Below the pieces are notes generated by a model, which searched no databases, was not told the origin of the DNA, and saw only the letters and a list, made by a program, of their open reading frames with translations. Shown here one piece after another: positions 1 through 7,612 of a DNA stretch of 64,000 bases. The stretch's first letter is position 1, and every line of letters begins with the position of its first letter. The DNA is taken from NCBI GenBank assembly GCA_029210915.1, contig JARGGJ010000004.1, forward strand, positions 15,327-79,326, read 5' to 3'. Position numbers and translations under genes: made by a program. This stretch comes from Patescibacteria group bacterium. GTDB lineage: Bacteria > Patescibacteriota > Patescibacteriia > 2-12-FULL-60-25.

Positions 1-3000
1 CACAGCCTACATTTTGCAATGTGCAGGATTGTGAGGCGCTTGGTATTAAATATGCCTTGCCATCATCGGCCGGGTCGCTGTATTCGGGATAAACGGGGTT
101 GTAAACCAAATCAAAGGATGAAGCGAGTTTGCGATATTCGCCATAGCTCGAGCAGACAGATGGGCAGTAATCTTTCGCTGTTAGAGTTGCGGGGATCTCG
201 GGAGCGGTAGGATCGTTTACATCGGTGTAGCCCTGGCAACCCACTTCGGTCTGGCGGCAAACTCGGGCAAAGTTTTTACATGATGGATGATCTTCATCGT
301 CATTACCCGTACATTCATATTCATCCGGGGCAATCTTAATATGGCTCTCATCAAGTTCGGCGAGTTCCTCGACGTAATCGGTAACATATTCACCTTCTTC
401 CAATTCGATAGCGTCTATATATAGGAAGTCGGCAAGATTGATGTAGACGCGCGTTACCACAACATCAGCCGGAGATACGAACTGGCAGATTAAACGATGC
501 CATTCTTGGTCGCCCGGAATTTCTTTAAAGGTTAATCTGTTACCACCGTCATCCCAATAACAATCTTCAAAGTTTGCAGGTTCGGTGGTTATGCGATTTT
601 GCGAAGTTATTGCCGTATCATTAAAGAAATCCATGTTCACACGCCCAAATGTATCGCCGTAATTAATTTTTGATTTGAAATAAAACGAAAGTGTATAGTT
701 GCGATTTGGTGTTAAGGGAACAACCTGATAAAGCATGTAGCCGGCAGCGGAATCCAAAGTTAGTGAACGAGTTCCATCGTATGCTTCTTCGGTTGTGTTT
801 ATGTTTTGATATACAGCATTAGCAGAACTCCAAGAATCGATACCTTGCAATGATAACGCACCGTTTTGTTCTACTTCCGTTACCTTTTCGAATGAACTGT
901 TGTTGATTAGATTAAATGCCGATTCACCTGGTTTAAAATTATAAACTTTAGTACATCCTTCGGAAGAACAAGGCTCCGCACCGCCATCGAGGTAAACCCT
1001 TGAGCCTTCTGTCAGAGTACCTTCCCAAAGTCCATCCGGCGAGGCTGAACTGGTTACATAACGATTTGTAGCAAACCACATACAACCGATATTTTCAGCG
1101 GAACAAGCCCCGCGTTCTACGGTGTAGCGTAACGCGCTAAGAGGTTCACCTTTTGATGATTGGTATGTACGGCAAGAGGCGTATTGCTCTGAGCATTCGG
1201 GAGAGTCGAATTTATAAATCGGTCGCTCGGCTAAGCAATAACCGTAACCGTCTACACACTCACCTTTTTGATCCGTTCCTAGACAACTGACCATGTCACC
1301 ACATTCTTCTTGGCGGATACCAAGCTCCGGCATTAATGTATCGCCATAGCCAACCGAACGGCATTGATAATTGGGAGCAGCTAAAATCCAGTTAGGATCA
1401 ATGAGATGACACCATGGATGATCTTTATCGAGCTTGCCTTCATCGTTACAGTTGTAAAAACCACGGACAACCTCTCCCAAAGTTACATAGCTACCATTAT
1501 GTTTAATATTATATGGCGAGTTGGCAGCCATCTCAAAACCGATAGGCAAAATACGCGCCAAACGCAGTTTCTTTAAATTACCGGCACAATACGCACGTTG
1601 ATAGCAAGATGGGTCTGTATTGTTAGCAATATCACTTTCAGGGATTAATTCCCAATTGGGATTTAATCCATTCGTTCTTGGATTGCTGGATGAATTCTCG
1701 TTACCAATACCGGTTGCTTTGCCAACAGTTAACGCACCATCTCGTGAGCCCAAATTAATAGCTATAGCTAAAGCTTGATCCATTGCACAGTTCCACTTGG
1801 TTCGCATTGCCGAGCACGTTGATAATTCCGTTACTAAATCCTTATCTTCCTGAGAATAAAATGATGGGATGATAAAATCTCCCAGGGATTTGGCAAAAGC
1901 TTGTCGCTCGTAATAATTTTGTGTATCTCCTGACGCGTCTTCATTAACAAGAGAGTTAAAAATAACATTATATTTTTGTGTGTCACCGTAAAAGGTACCC
2001 TCAATATTATCCGAAGGAGTAAGAAGTTTTTGCAAAAAACCAAAAGCCAAACGATTTAAAAATGTTGATAAAGTTAAAAAGCCCAATCCCTCGAGTCCGG
2101 TTTCCCAAAAAGCCTGTACCATGTAAGCCTCTTGTTTATCATTTTGAACTTGCGCCATTGCGGTCGGCTCTATGTTGCGCATTCCCTCGTTTGCCATTAA
2201 ACTTGGCCATTGAATGCGTTGCGTAATTTTATCGATAACCGGGACCATGCCTTCAGATTCTTGGCGAGAAAGTTTTGCGCGCCTATCTTCGCTTAAAATA
2301 GCATCAACATAATTTGATTGAATTTCCAAGCCCACATGCAAGTCATTACCGTATGGCTCGAAGGATGCTCTGTGAATATTTAATGCATCTCCTGAGTTTA
2401 TCATGTCCGCAATCGCGTCAAAATTATCTACCATCGCGGAGAGTGTACAAGTGGCACCGTTAAGCGGTCCCATATCACTCATACCTAAACCCAGTCTAAT
2501 GTCTAATGGGCTGGGTTTTTTACAAAGTGTAGTGAAACCAAATGAAGTTTGGTCGCCGCTGCCAAAATCCGCAGAGAATTGTCCTATCGCATCAAATCTT
2601 TCAAAGAAAACACCCGAAGCCTGATCTGCATGATATTCTAAATAATCTCCAAAATCAGCTTCATAAAAACTTGGTTTTCCATCGGGCCTGTCTACACCCA
2701 AAATCATGTTAGCCGTATCATAAGCAAAATTAGTTGTAAAATAAGCCATTGAATCCAATAGTGCGCCCATAGCAGCCAACTTAATCTTAAACTCAGTACC
2801 TTGCGCGATAGATTCTTGCCTGCGATACCACCAATCACCGGTACGTTCTTGCCACGCTGCGATTTCTTGATAATGCTCTGCAATACAATTATAAAATAGT
2901 GCCATTCTAGCCTCACCATTTGTTGCAGTACCTACGGGTGTCGCTGAAAGAATGGTCATGCAAGAAGCAAGTTCCGGAGTCATCGGCGGCGGAGATGCGT

Positions 3001-3124
3001 CATAAGGAACTGACGTTTCAGCGGATACGGAGTGTACGCTAAGCACAGATAAGACCAACATTGCGACAAAAGCAAAGCCTAAGCTTATGAGTTTAATTGT
3101 ATTTTTTAAATTGAGTTTCCTCAT
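1..3124 (-). CDS. Large secreted Cys-rich protein, more than 1040 aa, C-terminus cut by the window edge
   Basis: Absent from the ORF track because no stop lies inside the window. Hand translation from the ATG at 3124-3122 gives MRKLNLKNTIKLISLGFAFVAMLVLSVLSVHSVSA/ETSVPYD (Sec signal). The frame was spot-checked at 841-961 (EGCTKVYNFKPGESAFNLINNSSFEKVTEVEQNGALSLQG, CBM/jelly-roll-like) and at 1-61 (KAYLIPSASQSCTLQNVGC). Its start lies 4 nt after the stop of the upstream gene. Confidence 0.75.
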   Translation of the reverse strand, partial: MRKLNLKNTIKLISLGFAFVAMLVLSVLSVHSVSAETSVPYDASPPPMTPELASCMTILSATPVGTATNGEARMALFYNCIAEHYQEIAAWQERTGDWWYRRQESIAQGTEFKIKLAAMGALLDSMAYFTTNFAYDTANMILGVDRPDGKPSFYEADFGDYLEYHADQASGVFFERFDAIGQFSADFGSGDQTSFGFTTLCKKPSPLDIRLGLGMSDMGPLNGATCTLSAMVDNFDAIADMINSGDALNIHRASFEPYGNDLHVGLEIQSNYVDAILSEDRRAKLSRQESEGMVPVIDKITQRIQWPSLMANEGMRNIEPTAMAQVQNDKQEAYMVQAFWETGLEGLGFLTLSTFLNRLAFGFLQKLLTPSDNIEGTFYGDTQKYNVIFNSLVNEDASGDTQNYYERQAFAKSLGDFIIPSFYSQEDKDLVTELSTCSAMRTKWNCAMDQALAIAINLGSRDGALTVGKATGIGNENSSSNPRTNGLNPNWELIPESDIANNTDPSCYQRAYCAGNLKKLRLARILPIGFEMAANSPYNIKHNGSYVTLGEVVRGFYNCNDEGKLDKDHPWCHLIDPNWILAAPNYQCRSVGYGDTLMPELGIRQEECGDMVSCLGTDQKGECVDGYGYCLAERPIYKFDSPECSEQYASCRTYQSSKGEPLSALRYTVERGACSAENIGCMWFATNRYVTSSASPDGLWEGTLTEGSRVYLDGGAEPCSSEGCTKVYNFKPGESAFNLINNSSFEKVTEVEQNGALSLQGIDSWSSANAVYQNINTTEEAYDGTRSLTLDSAAGYMLYQVVPLTPNRNYTLSFYFKSKINYGDTFGRVNMDFFNDTAITSQNRITTEPANFEDCYWDDGGNRLTFKEIPGDQEWHRLICQFVSPADVVVTRVYINLADFLYIDAIELEEGEYVTDYVEELAELDESHIKIAPDEYECTGNDDEDHPSCKNFARVCRQTEVGCQGYTDVNDPTAPEIPATLTAKDYCPSVCSSYGEYRKLASSFDLVYNPVYPEYSDPADDGKAYLIPSASQSCTLQNVGC

Positions 3125-3127
3125 AGT

Positions 3128-3862
3128 TTATTGATTTGCTTGTTTTTCGGTTTCCATTTCTGTTTCTAATTCTATTAGCGCGTCATTCATTAATTTCATT
3201 AAATCGTCATCTGAAATTTTTTCCAGATCTTCTTGGGTTATTTTTCCTGTTTGCAGTATTACACTTCTTAGAACTGCCGGATCTTTAGGTATTTGCTCTT
3301 TCATGGTTTCTATGTCGATTCCCATGTCTTCGACTGTTTCTTGATAGTTACTGGAGCCTGGGCCGGTACCCATTAAAACGTCATTGAGCCGAGTTGATGG
3401 GTCTTGCATGTCGGAAATATTGGTTGGCAGTGTTGTAGTTGGCAAATTAAACTTCATGGCGCCGATGTCGCAAGTTTCTCCGCTTTTACAAAGAGGGTTT
3501 TCGCCCATAGCGATTTTTACATTATCCGGAACATCATCGCCGGCGGTACTCCAAAGATAGGGTGATGTTTTGTAAATGTTTTCCTCGGCCCAATCGGAAA
3601 GGCCATCGCCATCGGTATCGGTACGTTTTTGTAATGACTCGTATTCGGCAATTGGATCTTGAATGAGTTCACGATTTTTTTCGAAATCATCGATGGATGC
3701 CAAGAACGGTGAGTAGATACCTTGACGAACACGAAGTGCGGAAAAAACAAAAATAAAACCCGCACCTATCACTAATGCGATAATTGCAAGTTTTTTCTCT
3801 GTGTTTAGCTTTTTCCATTGCATCCGGATCGAACCACTTTCTTGGGCGTTTTCCTCCTGCAT
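3128..3862 (-). CDS. Membrane-anchored protein with a thrombospondin-type-3-like acidic Ca-binding motif
   Basis: 244-aa ORF with an N-terminal TM helix (LAIIALVIGAGFIFVFSAL) and a DTDGDGLSDWAEE motif. Tightly coupled to the downstream secreted-protein gene. Confidence 0.65.
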   Translation of the reverse strand: MQEENAQESGSIRMQWKKLNTEKKLAIIALVIGAGFIFVFSALRVRQGIYSPFLASIDDFEKNRELIQDPIAEYESLQKRTDTDGDGLSDWAEENIYKTSPYLWSTAGDDVPDNVKIAMGENPLCKSGETCDIGAMKFNLPTTTLPTNISDMQDPSTRLNDVLMGTGPGSSNYQETVEDMGIDIETMKEQIPKDPAVLRSVILQTGKITQEDLEKISDDDLMKLMNDALIELETEMETEKQANQ

Positions 3863-3942
3863 AGATGCGTAGCTATCATATCATAATAGCAATCAAAAAA
3901 GAACGCGTTTTATACGTTCATTGTGCATAAAATTACCTGCCA

Positions 3943-3976
3943 CGAACTACGAATTTCGAACTACGAACTACGAATT
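3943..3976. repeat. Tandem cgaactacgaa(ttt) units (intergenic copy)
   Basis: cgaactacgaatttcgaactacgaactacgaattt. The same family occurs at 47088-47163 (in leuS) and 51387-51426 (in dinB). Confidence 0.9.
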
Positions 3977-4043
3977 TTTTGATTAGTCATTTTGCATGGG
4001 ACAACCAAACATCGACCCTTTCCATGAATCTTTTATGAGATTT

Positions 4044-4070
4044 ACTAGGACTAGGACTAAGTACTATGAC
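4044..4070. repeat. taggactaagtactatgac-family element
   Basis: The 19-mer taggactaagtactatgac is identical at 4052-4070 and 18331-18349. A reverse-orientation relative cctagtcctagtcctagtcctagtcatagtggtag lies at 43408-43446. Confidence 0.9.
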
Positions 4071-4088
4071 TTTAGTGTAAGTTTTAGG

Positions 4089-4451
4089 TTATTTCTCCCA
4101 CTCTACCTTTACCTGTTTGCCATCTTTGCGGATGGGGATGCGGATTTCCAAGATACCGTTTTTGATTTTGGCTTCGGTGGCATCGGAGGCAACGTGGTAT
4201 GGGAGTACGATAGAACGGCTAAAGGCTCCCCAGTAGCATTCCTCGTAAAACCAGTCTGTGGCTTGCTCTTTTTTTTCATGTTCGCGCTTGCCACGGATTG
4301 TGAGCAAATCGCCATGTACGGAAATGTCGAGATTGTCGGGCTCTACTCCGGCTACAAGTGAGCGAATAACAAGCATATCGCCATCGCGATAAACATCCAC
4401 GGAAAGTTGACCCTCATCACCCGAGGGCATCCAATCTGAAAGTTGGTTCAT
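4089..4451 (-). CDS. Hsp20/alpha-crystallin small heat-shock protein
   Basis: 120 aa with an alpha-crystallin domain pattern: SVDVYRDGDMLVIRSLVAGV...ISVHGDLLTIRGKRE...GAFSRSIVLP...AKIKNGILEIRIP. The overlapping plus-strand ORF 3996-4361 is a shadow. Confidence 0.9.
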   Translation of the reverse strand: MNQLSDWMPSGDEGQLSVDVYRDGDMLVIRSLVAGVEPDNLDISVHGDLLTIRGKREHEKKEQATDWFYEECYWGAFSRSIVLPYHVASDATEAKIKNGILEIRIPIRKDGKQVKVEWEK

Positions 4452-4588
4452 ACAAACTTATTATATCATAATGAAAGAATAACCAATAACCAAACTCCAA
4501 TAACCAATCAATCACCAATAATCAAATTCCAATCACCAATTAATTTCCGATAAACAATTTAAAAAAACTCCAAAAACCACTATTACGA

Positions 4589-4664
4589 CCCCCTTTAGCA
4601 AAGGGGGATAATTACACAAAGTGTAATTTGGGGGATTTCCGAAAGCCCCCTTTATGAAAGGGGG
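4589..4664. repeat. Cluster of GC-rich palindromic elements (intergenic)
   Basis: CCCCCTTTAGCAAAGGGGG, AATTACACaaaGTGTAATT, GGGGGATTTCCGAAAGCCCCC, CCCCCTTTATGAAAGGGGG. Lies between the vanW-like stop and the hsp20 start. Confidence 0.9.
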
Positions 4665-4717
4665 ACGAAATAAAAAAAACACGATTCACCGTGATTTTTT
4701 TTATTTCCGGGGGAATG

Positions 4718-6613
4718 TTACTCCTCCACCGGAACCACCTCACTACCATCCCCTGCCTCCGTATCGGTTGCGGGTTTTTCTACGCCGATTAAGCAGACCG
4801 CTTGCCAGGGGCGGTAATGACTTAAAAAAGTCTCCTCGCGAACTTGGCCGTCGGCATATGTGATTGTTGTACTGAATTTTGCATCAGCGCCCGCATGGGC
4901 TGATTCGGTGCATTTCTTTTTACCAGGAGCCAAATCTGTGGTTTCGATAAGTTTGGTTGGAGGCGCGGCGGTAATGTTGTAGATGATTGGTTTGCCAACT
5001 TCCACATTGCGGCCATCGTTAGTACCCCAGAACTCGAAGATTATTTCCGTACCTACAATGTAGGCGTTAATGTATACGTGCTTTGACGTATCGTTAAGGA
5101 ATCTGAAATCCGGGGCTGGGTCGTAGATGGTTGCGTCTGTACCTGCCGGTTCGTAGTAAGAAACGCGATACGAGTGATTACGGCGCTCGGTAATTTTTAA
5201 GCCCGTGTCTACAGCTCCGCGGAACATGGTTGTACCAATTTGGCATAATCCTCCGCCGTATTCAGGTTTGGTTTCGTTGCCTTTGATAACAAGTTCGGGA
5301 AGCCAGCCGTGGGCGCCGTCGATTTCACCCAAAGCCTTTAACATAGAGAACTCTTCACCCGGAGCCAGCAATGTGCCGTTAACGTGATCCTCTACGGCTT
5401 TGGTGATGTTGCGGGTGCGATTATAAGGTGAACCGCGGAAATTGGATTTACCAACTCCAATAAGCTCAACGATGCCCAGTTCTTCCAGATTGTTTCCCGT
5501 TATTTTTCCGTGTTCTTCTTCGACAACAAGAGGGAACGTGGAAGTTGGCGGCCAAGAAGTTAGAATGGGTTCTAAAGTTTTATCGATATTTACCACTCTT
5601 CCCAATGTACCCGCTTCAAAAGATACAATTTTACCATCTTTTACTTCCATTTTACCGGTTTTACTTTCCATCTCGATTTCTTTAGCCAGCATATGGACAC
5701 TGGAGGCAAAAGCTGTTTTATCGATGGTGGCGTTTACACCGTCATCCGCGGAGACTATCCAACCGGCTAACATTTTAGGGTCGATTTTAAACTCCTCATC
5801 TTCATGGGTAAGTACGAGTTGAGGCCGAGATAATACTTCTTTTACACTATTGATAATGGCGCTTAATTCATCGGATTGCCTCTCCGCTTTCATGTCTTTA
5901 ATATGAAGTGTAATGGTTTTGAAATCAAGTATTTGCGCTTGGGCTTTTAATTTATCAAATACACCTTGAGTATCCAAAGTTTTGCCATCTTTATCGGGGA
6001 TGACTATGACCTCGGGCGGTTCATCTTGATATGTTGAAATTTCAAATGTCGCATCAACCGGATCGAATAATTTATCTTTATACTCGCTTAATAATGCCTC
6101 TTCCACTCTGCGCTCATCGATACTGATGTTTACGTCCAAATTATAAGCGCGTATTCGGGAACGGAGGATTTGGTATAAAACCTTTCTTAGTTCATCGGCA
6201 CGGCCAATATTATAAGAATCGGATACGGCTTTATCTATGTCATATAAAACGATATCCGGCAGATCGCTATTGGCAGAGGCTTGCAGATTCACCTCTTGCC
6301 CATCTAACGAAAAATGCAAACCGCTTTTTAAGGCTGAATCAGTTGCCTTGATTAGAGTTTCACGAGCTTCGTTTGGAGTTTGACCATCAAGCCTTATATC
6401 CAATACTTTGACGCCCGGATATATCTTGCCCTCGTACATACGCATGTATGCAAAAGCTCCAAATGCAATTATGGTACTCAATAACAACAAAACGCCTAGG
6501 GTGATCCCGGTCCATAAGAGCACAGGTTTGGCGATATCTACTTTGCTCTTATTTTTTGCTGCCGGTTTATTTTCGAGTTTCTTGTTCTCCGAATTCTTGG
6601 GTTTGTCTGACAT
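4718..6613 (-). CDS. VanW/YoaR-like cell-wall-associated protein
   Basis: 631 aa with an N-terminal TM anchor. C-terminal VanW-type signature GGGLCQIGTTMFRGAVDTGLKITERRNHSYRVSYYEPAGTDATIY. Confidence 0.85.
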   Translation of the reverse strand: MSDKPKNSENKKLENKPAAKNKSKVDIAKPVLLWTGITLGVLLLLSTIIAFGAFAYMRMYEGKIYPGVKVLDIRLDGQTPNEARETLIKATDSALKSGLHFSLDGQEVNLQASANSDLPDIVLYDIDKAVSDSYNIGRADELRKVLYQILRSRIRAYNLDVNISIDERRVEEALLSEYKDKLFDPVDATFEISTYQDEPPEVIVIPDKDGKTLDTQGVFDKLKAQAQILDFKTITLHIKDMKAERQSDELSAIINSVKEVLSRPQLVLTHEDEEFKIDPKMLAGWIVSADDGVNATIDKTAFASSVHMLAKEIEMESKTGKMEVKDGKIVSFEAGTLGRVVNIDKTLEPILTSWPPTSTFPLVVEEEHGKITGNNLEELGIVELIGVGKSNFRGSPYNRTRNITKAVEDHVNGTLLAPGEEFSMLKALGEIDGAHGWLPELVIKGNETKPEYGGGLCQIGTTMFRGAVDTGLKITERRNHSYRVSYYEPAGTDATIYDPAPDFRFLNDTSKHVYINAYIVGTEIIFEFWGTNDGRNVEVGKPIIYNITAAPPTKLIETTDLAPGKKKCTESAHAGADAKFSTTITYADGQVREETFLSHYRPWQAVCLIGVEKPATDTEAGDGSEVVPVEE

Positions 6614-6696
6614 ACAACATTAGTTAAAAGTCTATCAAGTTAAAAGTCTATCAAGCTGGCTCTCTGTGATCAATGAGAGATAAAAGTTTATAAAAC

Positions 6697-6909
6697 TTAG
6701 AAGTTTTTTATTAATTGGTTTAAAAGGTTTTTAGCGAGTTCTTGGGAGGCTTGGGTTTCGAGGCCCGGGGATGCGAGTAGAAGGTTTACAGTATCGCCTT
6801 CTTTAACCTCTCCCACAACTTCGGATTCAGAAACAATAAAAGATTGTCCATCCGCTAGAGATAACGTAACTTTGCCATCTTTATTACTTACAACTTTTGC
6901 CTTAATCAT
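6697..6909 (-). CDS. Small hypothetical protein (DUF3006-like?)
   Basis: 70-aa ORF co-directional with vanW-like and smc. MIKAKVVSNKDGKVTLSLADGQSFIVSESEVVGEVKEGDTV resembles small beta-barrel DUF3006 proteins. The family call is weak. Confidence 0.5.
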   Translation of the reverse strand: MIKAKVVSNKDGKVTLSLADGQSFIVSESEVVGEVKEGDTVNLLLASPGLETQASQELAKNLLNQLIKNF

Positions 6910-6965
6910 AGATGCATACTACCTACTATTTTTGGTTTAAACAATATCCAATCGCATGACTTATT

Positions 6966-7068
6966 AATAACCAATAATCAATATTCCAATCATCAATAAA
7001 TAACCAATAATCAATAACTTAATAATCAATTGGTGATTCATTGGTTATTGGGACTTGGATATTGGTAT
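6966..7068. repeat. ccaataacc/ggttattgg-family hairpin
   Basis: The left arm is rich in aataaccaataatcaata units and the right arm reads cattggttattgggacttggatattgg. Other loci: 4478-4541, 10400-10558, 16881-16911, 28280-28318. Confidence 0.85.
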
Positions 7069-7090
7069 ATTTCCACAATATGTGGAGGTA

Positions 7091-7227
7091 ACAAATAAAG
7101 ACCTCAAACAATCCGCACCCAAGAAATCTAGTTGTAGGATGATACGAGTCGTAAGACCAGTTTCAACCTACTATTAGATCCCATGCTTGTCGTGGACGCG
7201 GATTGTTTGAAGCCTCTCTTTATTTGT
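7091..7227. repeat. 137-nt extended hairpin (possible ncRNA)
   Basis: ACAAATAAAGA-cc-TCAAACAATCCGC (7091-7116) pairs with GCGGATTGTTTGA-agcctctc-TTTATTTGT (7198-7227). The 80-nt interior has further pairing (ATCTA..GTAGG / CCTAC..TAGAT). Confidence 0.8.
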
Positions 7228-7443
7228 CGCTTCTTGATTGAATGTTCAGTTGATTATGTTTTATATCACGATTTAGTGTTTGTGTCAAGGGTTTGTGCTT
7301 GTATAACGTTGTTTAAAAGCCAACGATGACAAATGACGTCTTGCCGTATGCAAGACGTATTAAGGTACACCAAAAGTATCTCATGCGTTCAGGGGTGCGT
7401 CAAGACTCTAATATTGGCTTATTTTAGCTAAAAAACAAAATGG

Positions 7444-7612
7444 TTTGTAAAGTTAAAAGTTTATAAAGTTTGTAAAGTATAAGTGGACAGAACTTGTAGA
7501 TTTTCAATTATGTCAATCAAGCCAAAAATAACTAATTCTTCAAGAGTGACTTCAAGCCTCTCTTTATGAACTTGTTACTTTATGAACTTTATAAACTTTA
7601 TGAACTTGTTTA
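7444..7612. repeat. ataaagtt/aactttat-family hairpin downstream of smc
   Basis: tttgtaaagttaaaagtttataaagtttgtaaag ... ctttatgaactttataaactttatgaacttgtttac. Siblings at 16705-16813 and 38121-38175. Confidence 0.9.

Noticed and set aside
4478-4541. A possible CRISPR array, suggested by the many short repeated units here and at 6966-7068, 10400-10558, 15149-15232 and other sites
   Set aside because: The units are degenerate 8-11-mers in direct contact with no unique spacers of 25-40 nt. The arms are mutually complementary, so they form hairpins. No cas genes are present.
4654-4863. 69-aa plus-strand ORF (MKGGRNKK...) and similar small ORFs spanning palindromic elements
   Set aside because: It begins inside the GGGGG/CCCCC palindrome cluster and runs antisense into the vanW-like gene. 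It has no RBS or promoter.
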